Origin: a virus
Lineage: Duplodnaviria > Caudoviricetes
Length of the DNA stretch: 30,620 bases
Direction: 5' to 3' (one strand)
IMG/VR virus record: IMGVR_UViG_3300002307_000164
Location: 1-30,620 of that record
The notes below the pieces were generated by a model that searched no databases, was not told the origin of the DNA, and was given only the letters and a program-made list of their open reading frames with translations. Every line of letters begins with the position of its first letter. The first letter of the stretch is position 1. Shown one piece after another: positions 8,152 through 16,289 of this stretch. A program made the translations under genes and the position numbers.

Positions 8152-8586
8152 ATGAACAATACAAATTATGATGTAGAATTAAGAATACAAACTAAATTAG
8201 CAATAAAATGGTCTGTTTTGGGGCTATTAATTATTGTTGTTTTAGCTTGTACTTGTATGATTGGCTGTCCTTCATACAAAGTTTACACCTCTAAAAAAGA
8301 AGGTGAAGCTATTTTAGCACATGCTCAATCATCAAGAGAGGTTGCGGTTGCCGAAGCAAAAGCAAAAATGGAAAGTTCTGCTTTGCTTGCACAAGCAGAT
8401 ACTATAAGAGCGCATGGCGTAGCAAGGTCTAATGTTATAATAGGTCAATCTCTTAGTGACGCTTATCTTCATTGGTATTGGCTTGATAATATAGATAAAA
8501 ATCCAAATGCTGTTATTTATGTTCCAACAGAAGCAAATATGCCAATAATGGAAGCTGGAAAAAGAATTGATATAAAACAAAAATAA
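8152..8586 (+). CDS. membrane protein with SPFH/prohibitin-like coiled-coil C-terminus
   Basis: One TM segment (WSVLGLLIIVVLACTCMIGC), Ala/Glu-rich coiled coil, and 'ARSNVIIGQSLSDAYLHWYWLD...VIYVP' resembling band-7 C-termini. Confidence 0.6.
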   Translation: MNNTNYDVELRIQTKLAIKWSVLGLLIIVVLACTCMIGCPSYKVYTSKKEGEAILAHAQSSREVAVAEAKAKMESSALLAQADTIRAHGVARSNVIIGQSLSDAYLHWYWLDNIDKNPNAVIYVPTEANMPIMEAGKRIDIKQK

Positions 8587-8587
8587 T

Positions 8588-8637
8588 CACCCTTATGGTA
8601 AACTTCATTGTTCGATTCAATGAAGGGTGCAACTATA
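8588..8637 (+). promoter_or_regulatory. structured 5' leader of the methyltransferase
   Basis: Perfect 8-bp stem CTTCATTG/CAATGAAG (8603-8625). A competing or enclosing stem is CACCCTT/AAGGGTG. Confidence 0.45.
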
Positions 8638-8641
8638 TACA

Positions 8642-9583
8642 ATGGCTAAGAAACACCAAGGAGTAACTACAGATATTTTCAACCAAGGAGTGATACAAGA
8701 CGAACTTCTTAGAGACCGTTTTATAGAACCGCCATTTTCCGTATTGGATACAAAACAAGGTGGTTGGCAACGAAGGAAAAAACTTTGGAAAGCCAAGGGT
8801 TTAAAATCGGAAGTAGGACGTACCGCAACAACATTCAACATCAAGGAATGGGCTGATGACAAGACCGAATCAAAATCAACACCAATAGATATTTCAATAT
8901 TTGACCCAGCGTTATGCGAAGTTATATATCATTGGTTTTGCGAAAAAGGTGATTCAATACTTGACCCTTTCGCAGGTGGTTCTGTAAGGGGTATTGTTGC
9001 AAACTACTTAGGTTTTAAATATACCGGAATAGATATTAGACAAGAACAAATAGATAGTAACTATATCCAAGGTGGTGAAATTATACCTTCAGCGGTTCCA
9101 AATTGGATGTGCGGTGATAGTAATGAAGTTCTTGATTCAATATCAGAATCTTTCGACCTTGTTTTTTCATGTCCACCATATGCAGACCTTGAAGTTTATT
9201 CGGATTTACAAGGTGATATAAGCAACATGAAATATGAGGATTTCTTAGAAAGTTACGAATCTATAATAGAAAAAAGCTGTAGACTTCTAAAAACTGGCGG
9301 TCACGCTATATTCGTAGTTGGTGAAATTCGTGACAAGGATGGATATTATGTTGGTTTTGTACCGGATACAATACGTGCATTTGAAAAGGCCGGAATGAAA
9401 TTCTACAACGAAGGTATTCTTTTACAAGCCATTGCAACGGCTTCAATTCGTGCGGAAGGTAATATGAAGTATAAAAAGTTGGTAAAGGTTCATCAAAATA
9501 TACTTGGGTTTTATAAGCCTACGGGGAACGAAAAAGAAGATAGACAGAAAAAAACTTCATTCATAACAAACGATATTTGGTGA
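8642..9583 (+). CDS. amino (N4-C/N6-A) DNA methyltransferase
   Basis: SAM-binding ILDPFAGG, GIDIRQEQ, and catalytic SCPPY. Start is probably ATG 8642 (track gives GTG 8627). Confidence 0.88.
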   Translation: MAKKHQGVTTDIFNQGVIQDELLRDRFIEPPFSVLDTKQGGWQRRKKLWKAKGLKSEVGRTATTFNIKEWADDKTESKSTPIDISIFDPALCEVIYHWFCEKGDSILDPFAGGSVRGIVANYLGFKYTGIDIRQEQIDSNYIQGGEIIPSAVPNWMCGDSNEVLDSISESFDLVFSCPPYADLEVYSDLQGDISNMKYEDFLESYESIIEKSCRLLKTGGHAIFVVGEIRDKDGYYVGFVPDTIRAFEKAGMKFYNEGILLQAIATASIRAEGNMKYKKLVKVHQNILGFYKPTGNEKEDRQKKTSFITNDIW

Positions 9584-9906
9584 AAACACTTCTGGTTATT
9601 TCCAACAACTTAGACGATGCAATTGACAAAGCAATTGCAATAGGGGTTTGTTTTTATAATAGAAACGAAATAAAAAACCGTGTAACAGAAAGAACAAACT
9701 TAACAAAAGAAACTAAGTGTGTTATATTTCATTGTATGGGAATGGAGGGACTTAAGTTATTAGCAAATAAACACGATGACAAATATACTAGGATTGTTGT
9801 TGGAACATTTAAGTTACCGCCGGAAGAAGAAAGAAAACAATGGTTAACAAGGGGGTTTGTTATTATTAATTTACGTGAAGACTTTATAAGTAAAATACTA
9901 TGGTAG
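9580..9906 (+). CDS. hypothetical protein
   Basis: GTG 9580 overlaps the MTase TGA (GTGA). Its stop overlaps the next start. Confidence 0.6.
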   Translation: MKTLLVISNNLDDAIDKAIAIGVCFYNRNEIKNRVTERTNLTKETKCVIFHCMGMEGLKLLANKHDDKYTRIVVGTFKLPPEEERKQWLTRGFVIINLREDFISKILW

Positions 9907-10766
9907 ATTTCGAATTCGGTCTTGATAGCTTTTATTCCGGTTGGAAGCCAGTTTGCAAAGAAGTAATATTGGAACACAACCAAAATATTAAACAAGCCGA
10001 ATACTTCAATTCGTTTATATATCAACAATATAATGGAATGAAGTATAAATCGCTTGATGACGGTGAAATAGCCGTTATTCGTCTTGTTCCTATCATGGGT
10101 AACTATAACGCTATTCGTTATTGTGGTGGGTACGGTTCAAAAAGTTCATCTACGTTATCATATAACGGATTCACGCTTAGGGGTTCAGACATAACCGAAG
10201 GAGGAAAACCCGATGATTTCGGTAGTGAATTTGTTTATGATGCAAACGAACTTATTATGATGCATGGTAAGAAGTTTGAAAGAATAAGAAACACAATAAA
10301 CACAAGAAAATACAATAATGAATTTTCTTTATTATTTGAAGAAAAAGATATTTTATTAGTTATAAACGAATGGTCTAAAGCTACAAATTCAAAACATCAA
10401 ATAAAACTTTTTGAATTCATAAAGAAAAATAAAGAACTTTGTAATTTTTTAACTGTATATACTCCTGAAAAAGAAATAATTGGAATATCTATCGTTGAAA
10501 AAATAAACGAAACTAACGGAGTTATAATACAGCAACTTATAAACCCATTGATTAAAGATAAAATAAAAGAACCAAACATATTGATTCATTTTTATAATTG
10601 TCTACATCATAGTGGTATGAAGCTAAACATTGGCGGCGCAAGAAACGAACAGATACGTGTTGCCAAGTCTAAGCTTCAACCGTCACTAATGCTTCCAATA
10701 TACAGGAAAATATCAACTACGAAAAAACTATCTAAAACGGAATACGAACTATTAAAACATGGGTAA
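9900..10766 (+). CDS. DUF2156 / MprF C-terminal-like (Fem/GNAT-fold) aminoacyl-tRNA-dependent transferase-like protein
   Basis: 'EFVYDANELIMMHGKKFERIRNTIN' and C-terminal 'LNIGGARNEQIRVAKSKLQP' resemble the family signatures as I recall them (Y...L..L.GKK...KRN..N and N.....GLR..K..Y.P). No TM segments. Recognised by eye. Confidence 0.6.
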   Translation: MVDFEFGLDSFYSGWKPVCKEVILEHNQNIKQAEYFNSFIYQQYNGMKYKSLDDGEIAVIRLVPIMGNYNAIRYCGGYGSKSSSTLSYNGFTLRGSDITEGGKPDDFGSEFVYDANELIMMHGKKFERIRNTINTRKYNNEFSLLFEEKDILLVINEWSKATNSKHQIKLFEFIKKNKELCNFLTVYTPEKEIIGISIVEKINETNGVIIQQLINPLIKDKIKEPNILIHFYNCLHHSGMKLNIGGARNEQIRVAKSKLQPSLMLPIYRKISTTKKLSKTEYELLKHG

Positions 10767-12612
10767 GATAGGATTAGAAATACCTAAAACAATATTAGAA
10801 CCTTTTCAATCTAGGGCTAAACAAGAAACATACGACCTAATAAAAAATGGTTGCAAACGTATCTGCTTTGTACTGCCAGGCGGAGGCGGGAAAACTGTTA
10901 TGATGTCTGAATTTACTTATGACCTTATAAACGACCTAGAGGTTTTCTATCAATCCATTAATCCGCAATATAGGGATGTTGCCGTACTTGTTCACCGCCA
11001 AGAATTACTTGACCACTACCGGAATGAATTAAATGATGGATACGGTTTGTTTTCACATAGGATTGACGCAGAAACAAAAAATATACCACAAGGGGTAAGG
11101 TCTTTTGCTTGTATGGTTGAAACGTTTGATAGAAGAAGTAACGACCCATCATTTTTAAGCAATTTCAAAAACGTAGGGTTGCTTTTAACAGATGAAGCAC
11201 ATCTTAACCATTTCAAAAAAGTATTTAAACATTTTCCGAAAGAACGTATATCTATTGGTTTCACCGCTACGCCAATTAGTGCGGTTAAGTCAGACCCGCT
11301 TATAAATCACTATGATGAAATTGTAGTTGGTGCAACAATACAAGAACTAATTGAACTTAACGAAAGAAAACCAAATAGGGGTATAGTAACTTGTCAAGGT
11401 TTCGATTATAACCTTGGAGATGTAGACCTTTCAAAAGTTCGTAAGTCAAAAGGTGATTATGCTGAATCGGAACTTTCAACAATATTTTCAGCGGATAGAC
11501 AGATAGACAATACAATAGATGCATACGAAAAGTTTTGCGTTCCTAGGGGTCTTAAAACTTTGATATTCAATTGTGATGTTGAGCATTCGGTTAAGATGCA
11601 CGAAGCCTTATTAAAAAGGGGTCATGTATCGCAACATATTCATACCGGAAAGGTCAATACGGATAAGGTAGATGCGAAGTATAACTATAATGGTGGTAAG
11701 GCGCATCGAGAGTTCCTATTAGGGCGGGGTTCTAAGAAAGGTTGGGCGGATACCTACAACGGCGGGGCTTGCGCCATAAACAATGTAGGAATAGCCACCA
11801 TTGGAACGGATATAAAAAGCATACAATGTGTTATAATCAATCGTTCTACCGATTCATTTACTTATTTTTGGCAAATGGTTTATAGGGGTGATAGGGCTTT
11901 TGTTTGGCCAGATGGTTCGATAAAAACACACTTCTATTTATTGGACATGGGAAACAATATATTGTTCTCGGACGGTTCAATTCATCATGGAAGATTTGAA
12001 ACCCCTATTGATTGGAAGTTTATTTTTCATAATCCTAATCTTCCCAGACCAGGAGTAGGTGCAATAAAAAGTTGTCCAGAATGTGGTGCAATAAATCCGG
12101 CTAGTGCGTCATGTTGTTCGGCGTTAGTAGATGATTGGATAAGTGGTGAAGAAGTTGAATGTGGTTATTTGTTCCCAACCAACGATAATGAACTGGTTGT
12201 AGATGACCTTTCAATACGTGAAATGGTAAAGATTGATAATTTCTTAAAAGATTCAATAGACATTAGGGAAAACATAAAGTATTTCATTGAAAAAGAAGGC
12301 CGTCCGGCGGCAAGGGTATTTTACGAAACAATAAAGCAAGTTTGTAACATATACAAGAAACAATTAACAAACGGTGGATTCTTTTATATGATAGGACAAA
12401 AAGAATTCGAACTTCTTGCTAATGTATGTGTTGCAAAGGCTAAAGAATTTTTCCATGAAATGAAGATAGGTCACTACATGAATTACAAACTTACTATAAA
12501 GAAAGAACTGTGGTATTATCTACCAACGATAGGATTTGTATTTAATGGTATTACCGTGGACATAAAAGAAATTGAAGAAAAACTTTCACGAACATATTTA
12601 AAACTCACGTAG
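10759..12612 (+). CDS. superfamily 2 DEAH helicase with zinc finger (RadD/YejH-like)
   Basis: Walker A PGGGGKT, VHRQEL, DEAH, GFTATP, motif VI QMVYRGDR, and CPECG...C...C zinc ribbon. Confidence 0.9.
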   Translation: MGKIGLEIPKTILEPFQSRAKQETYDLIKNGCKRICFVLPGGGGKTVMMSEFTYDLINDLEVFYQSINPQYRDVAVLVHRQELLDHYRNELNDGYGLFSHRIDAETKNIPQGVRSFACMVETFDRRSNDPSFLSNFKNVGLLLTDEAHLNHFKKVFKHFPKERISIGFTATPISAVKSDPLINHYDEIVVGATIQELIELNERKPNRGIVTCQGFDYNLGDVDLSKVRKSKGDYAESELSTIFSADRQIDNTIDAYEKFCVPRGLKTLIFNCDVEHSVKMHEALLKRGHVSQHIHTGKVNTDKVDAKYNYNGGKAHREFLLGRGSKKGWADTYNGGACAINNVGIATIGTDIKSIQCVIINRSTDSFTYFWQMVYRGDRAFVWPDGSIKTHFYLLDMGNNILFSDGSIHHGRFETPIDWKFIFHNPNLPRPGVGAIKSCPECGAINPASASCCSALVDDWISGEEVECGYLFPTNDNELVVDDLSIREMVKIDNFLKDSIDIRENIKYFIEKEGRPAARVFYETIKQVCNIYKKQLTNGGFFYMIGQKEFELLANVCVAKAKEFFHEMKIGHYMNYKLTIKKELWYYLPTIGFVFNGITVDIKEIEEKLSRTYLKLT

Positions 12613-12615
12613 ACA

Positions 12616-12831
12616 ATGACAAACATAGAAATACTAGGCGAAAAGAACATAAAAATACCGGAAGGTTATCGTAAGCTTGAAGAGCAAGAAACGGTAAGAA
12701 TAGATGATATGATTTGTCATGTAACCGGAAAACATCTTGAAGTTTCTTGGTTAAAACCGGAAACTATAAGTGAAGTTGGAAAGCAAAGAAAATACTCGGG
12801 TCAACTTATAATCCGTAAAATTATGAACTGA
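12616..12831 (+). CDS. hypothetical protein
   Basis: 71-aa ORF in the operon. Its stop overlaps the next ATG. Confidence 0.6.
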   Translation: MTNIEILGEKNIKIPEGYRKLEEQETVRIDDMICHVTGKHLEVSWLKPETISEVGKQRKYSGQLIIRKIMN

Positions 12832-13040
12832 TGACAAAAGAAAGTATATACGAACTTCAAAAAATAGATTGCAATTGTAATAATTGCAAGTTTATGGAAC
12901 GGGATTTAAGTAAGCCGCCAACAAAGGGGCGAGCGGCAAAGATTAACTACGGTCATTGTAAAAAGTTCGACAAACCAGTAACATTCATTCCATCAATTTG
13001 TCAGTTAGATACTCAGGAATGTTTTGAACATAGAAAATAA
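12831..13040 (+). CDS. small Cys-rich (putative metal-binding) protein
   Basis: CNCNNC...HC...C...C in 69 aa. Confidence 0.65.
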   Translation: MTKESIYELQKIDCNCNNCKFMERDLSKPPTKGRAAKINYGHCKKFDKPVTFIPSICQLDTQECFEHRK

Positions 13041-13050
13041 AAGTAATATA

Positions 13051-13236
13051 ATGACAAAAGCTGAAGAAATACTCAAAAGACATATAAACCGACTTAACTC
13101 AATTAACCCAAAAGAATATGATGATTTCGAAACAATATCATATTGTCAACCGGATATAATAATTGAAATGCTTAATGCAATGGAAAGATATGCGGAATAC
13201 AAAATGTTAGAAAAAACAAAAAAGCCAACCAAATAA
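13051..13236 (+). CDS. hypothetical protein (MTKAEEIL...)
   Basis: ATG 13051 follows an A-rich leader. Last gene of the rightward operon. Confidence 0.6.
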   Translation: MTKAEEILKRHINRLNSINPKEYDDFETISYCQPDIIIEMLNAMERYAEYKMLEKTKKPTK

Positions 13237-13260
13237 AATTCGGAAGGCTTTTTCTGTTTT
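13218..13260. terminator. probable bidirectional intrinsic terminator
   Basis: AAAAAGCC...GGCTTTTT inverted repeat at the convergence of early (+) and late (-) transcription. The inner stem is imperfect. Confidence 0.55.
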
Positions 13261-13271
13261 ATGCAAATCAA

Positions 13272-13721
13272 CTAAAGTACAGAATCACTTGGAAGAACGG
13301 TTGAAACTTCAATAGGCAAAAAGTTTTGCTGTATAGCATCAACCGCTTCGTCAATTGAAATCTTTCCGTCTTTAACATATACAAGTATTTCTGCTGCAAT
13401 GTGATGTATCGCACCGTCAAAAAGTGTCTTGTCATCCGCAATAAGTTGCAATTTTGGCGCAACGCGATTAAGGATGGTTACAACACCATTCACATAAGAT
13501 GTAGCACCAAAATACGCCAATGCCATTTGTACAAGTGGATTTTTTGTATCGGCCGCTATTATCGGTTCCCATTTAGCACCTTTAGCACATAATTCGCAAA
13601 ACTTGTCAATCAAGATTGTAATATTATGTTCGGCACTTCCAACTATTCCTTCGATTTTTTGTTCGATGGAATCCATGTCTTTTTTTAATTGTGCCAAAAT
13701 CTGGCGTGGATTTAGTTTCAT
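13272..13721 (-). CDS. hypothetical protein at end of lysis cassette
   Basis: 149-aa predicted helical ORF directly after the endolysin. Confidence 0.7.
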   Translation of the reverse strand: MKLNPRQILAQLKKDMDSIEQKIEGIVGSAEHNITILIDKFCELCAKGAKWEPIIAADTKNPLVQMALAYFGATSYVNGVVTILNRVAPKLQLIADDKTLFDGAIHHIAAEILVYVKDGKISIDEAVDAIQQNFLPIEVSTVLPSDSVL

Positions 13722-13731
13722 TTTGTTTGAT

Positions 13732-14355
13732 TTATGATGTTAATTTATTATAAAATTCATTAGTATATTGTATCCTTTCTTGCAATCCAAGGATTCCGCC
13801 ATTTACCTTACGGCAAACAAGTTCGCAAATTGTATTAGAAATACCCTTGTCGCATATTTCAAAAATTCCTTTATTTTTAAAATATAAAACAGAAGAATCT
13901 AATCCAATTCCAATCATATCTGGATTATTTATATAATCTCTTCCTGTATCATGTGAAAGCTGTTGATAATTTACCTTTCCGGTAATTTGTACGCATCCCC
14001 TTCCACGATAAAGCCAACCTTCTCCCGATTCTTCCGAACCATTACCCATTCGATTAGAATAGATTCTATTTGCTATTTTTTGCGGATTATGTGCGTAATT
14101 ATTAGCATCTTCTATTCCATTGAAGTGAATTGGAAATATAGCTATTAATCTCGATGCTGAATAATTCAAATCTTCAACAAACTTAGTAAATCCTACAGAT
14201 TCTTCTTTACATTCACCAAGCAAATGACAAAGGCGAAATTCATTGTTTACACCTAAAGAATACAATATTGGACTAAGTTGTCCATCGTTATCTTTATCGT
14301 TAATTTCATTCCAAATATTTTCTGGAAGAATTTCAATTAAGCGAACTATATTCAT
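13732..14355 (-). CDS. endolysin, glycoside hydrolase family 19
   Basis: 'EES..F...EDLNYS', 'IANRIYSNRMGNG', 'YRGRGCVQITGKVNY', and 'VNGGILGLQER'. Confidence 0.93.
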   Translation of the reverse strand: MNIVRLIEILPENIWNEINDKDNDGQLSPILYSLGVNNEFRLCHLLGECKEESVGFTKFVEDLNYSASRLIAIFPIHFNGIEDANNYAHNPQKIANRIYSNRMGNGSEESGEGWLYRGRGCVQITGKVNYQQLSHDTGRDYINNPDMIGIGLDSSVLYFKNKGIFEICDKGISNTICELVCRKVNGGILGLQERIQYTNEFYNKLTS

Positions 14356-14987
14356 AATCCTTTTATAATTTGTATTGATGAAATACTGTCTATTTTAACA
14401 TCTGGACAATCACTCGATATATCCTGTTTGGTTACAATAGTTCCGGCTAAAAAAGAACGCAATCTAAAATGTGTTAAGTCATCAAAGTTACGTTTCTTCT
14501 TCCAATATATAGTTCCGGCAATATGTATATTTGTTTCTTCAATAAGCGTCAACGACTTTAAATCTTTAGAAACTTTTATAGTTCCATGTGAACATCCTGA
14601 ATTAATTGGAAATATTAGATTTTCACCAACCAAAACAATTGAATCTTTTACTTCAGCTTTAAATGAAAGTACATTAGAAATATGTTCATCATTTTTAAGA
14701 TTAAGTTGATTTTCACGTTGTTTTATTTCCGGTTTATAGAACGTATATACTTGTCTTTTCGTTCCGCTCGCAACCGTCTTTTCGGAATGTGACACACCTT
14801 TTATAATGGAATGAATAGTTGTATCGTTGTTCTTTATTTCACCAATAGTTTTTATTTGTTGAGCATCTTGTTTTATCAAGAATTCGGATTTGCTTTTACT
14901 TATTTTTTTATGGTTACAAGTCCATAAGAAATAACTAAGTGTTCCACAAATAGAAAGTACGATTAAAGCAGATAATAGTTTTTTCAT
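14352..14987 (-). CDS. membrane-anchored lysis accessory protein (spanin-like)
   Basis: N-terminal hydrophobic segment ending in ...FLWTC, beta-rich C-terminus, and ATGA overlap with the endolysin. Confidence 0.5.
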   Translation of the reverse strand: MKKLLSALIVLSICGTLSYFLWTCNHKKISKSKSEFLIKQDAQQIKTIGEIKNNDTTIHSIIKGVSHSEKTVASGTKRQVYTFYKPEIKQRENQLNLKNDEHISNVLSFKAEVKDSIVLVGENLIFPINSGCSHGTIKVSKDLKSLTLIEETNIHIAGTIYWKKKRNFDDLTHFRLRSFLAGTIVTKQDISSDCPDVKIDSISSIQIIKGL

Positions 14988-14989
14988 TT

Positions 14990-15451
14990 TTAAGATGGTT
15001 TTTGTGTAGTTTCAATCCATGAAGAACCATTGAAGTAATAGTTTTTTCCATCCGAAGTATTTACATATGCATCCCCTACTTTAGAATTTACGTGGTCTGG
15101 AACTTTTACTGAAAACGAACCAAGCCAATTTAATTTTTTAGGTTCAAATACTGTTTTTAAATCTACAACATCTGAATCTTTGTTTGGCGGTGTAGCTGCA
15201 ATAGCATCTGATATATTTTGTTGCGCTTGCGCTATCGTGGCATCTTTCTTTTGGCTACCTTCGGTGCTACCATAAAGATAAGAATACGCATCTTTGATAC
15301 ATACACCAAGTATGACACCCAAAATAACGTTAGCCATTTCGCGGTTTTCTGTTGGTATCTTACAGAATGTTAATGATAAAATGTATATAGCGGCAAATAT
15401 AAATCCACCTACTAAAAATCCAAACTTCTTACTTGGTTGTATGTTTTCCAT
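14990..15451 (-). CDS. putative holin (2 TM) with extra C-terminal domain
   Basis: Two hydrophobic helices followed by 'YLYGSTEGSQKKD', located in the lysis cassette. Confidence 0.6.
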   Translation of the reverse strand: MENIQPSKKFGFLVGGFIFAAIYILSLTFCKIPTENREMANVILGVILGVCIKDAYSYLYGSTEGSQKKDATIAQAQQNISDAIAATPPNKDSDVVDLKTVFEPKKLNWLGSFSVKVPDHVNSKVGDAYVNTSDGKNYYFNGSSWIETTQKPS

Positions 15452-15461
15452 ATTTATTTAT

Positions 15462-15857
15462 TTAAGGTTGACGAACTTGAATTGTATCATTTTTGTAAGC
15501 TCTTTCTTGATTCTTTTGATTTTGATTTTGAAATCTATTAGAAAGAATAAATTCATTTCTTAATTCTTTTATTGATGCATAAAAATTACTCATCATCTGT
15601 ATATGTGTGGAATCTTCAATTCTTTTATTGTTAGATACAATATTAGGAATGTTGCTTAATGTAATAAATATCTGCCTACCAGATTCTATCTTAGCACCTA
15701 CATATATTAAAGATAAACATATCGCTGCTCCAGCAACTATGATAGAATATGTAATATACCAACTACTTTTTTTATTTTTACCATCCTTATCTTTAGCCAA
15801 GTCGTTAAACCTTTCCTGCATTTCATCAAAGAAGGCTTTTTTTAAATCTTCGTCCAT
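15462..15857 (-). CDS. single-TM membrane protein (holin/antiholin candidate)
   Basis: One TM segment (YITYSIIVAGAAICLSLIYVG), upstream of the 2-TM gene. Confidence 0.5.
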   Translation of the reverse strand: MDEDLKKAFFDEMQERFNDLAKDKDGKNKKSSWYITYSIIVAGAAICLSLIYVGAKIESGRQIFITLSNIPNIVSNNKRIEDSTHIQMMSNFYASIKELRNEFILSNRFQNQNQKNQERAYKNDTIQVRQP

Positions 15858-15859
15858 GC

Positions 15860-16060
15860 TTATAACAATTTTACTTTTATAACAATGTTGTTTCGGTATG
15901 GTTCGGAGTGATAATCACTGACAAGATAAGACTTGGCAATCTGAGGATACCGTTGTTGGGCGTCGTCATAACCGGTAAAGGGGAATGCTGCTTCAATCCT
16001 CTCGACGAACTCAAGATTGCCATCTTCGGTAAAATTTACGTAGCCTATATTGTTAGCCAT
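15860..16060 (-). CDS. hypothetical protein
   Basis: 66-aa ORF tightly packed in the late operon. Confidence 0.6.
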   Translation of the reverse strand: MANNIGYVNFTEDGNLEFVERIEAAFPFTGYDDAQQRYPQIAKSYLVSDYHSEPYRNNIVIKVKLL

Positions 16061-16061
16061 G

Positions 16062-16286
16062 TTAAGGTTTTATAATTTCAGAATCATTTATGTAAATAAA
16101 TTGGCAACGGGTACTATCAGGATTGCCGACATAGAATAGCATCATATTGTATGCCATGATGCTATCTCCCCATTTTGCAGAAATAAGTATGTCTCCATTC
16201 GTGCGCTTCATTGGTTTCATAACCCAACCTTTCTGAATCAGAAAGAAGGAAATTAGGTAAAGCGATATTTTTATATAATAGTTCAT
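16062..16286 (-). CDS. small protein with hydrophobic N-terminus
   Basis: MNYYIKISLYLISFFLIQKG...; 3-nt and 1-nt gaps to neighbours. Confidence 0.55.
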   Translation of the reverse strand: MNYYIKISLYLISFFLIQKGWVMKPMKRTNGDILISAKWGDSIMAYNMMLFYVGNPDSTRCQFIYINDSEIIKP

Positions 16287-16289
16287 TGT

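Noticed and set aside
8642-9583. Methyltransferase as part of a restriction-modification pair
   Set aside because: No adjacent recognisable restriction endonuclease; the GIY-YIG gene is about 4.5 kb away and looks independent.
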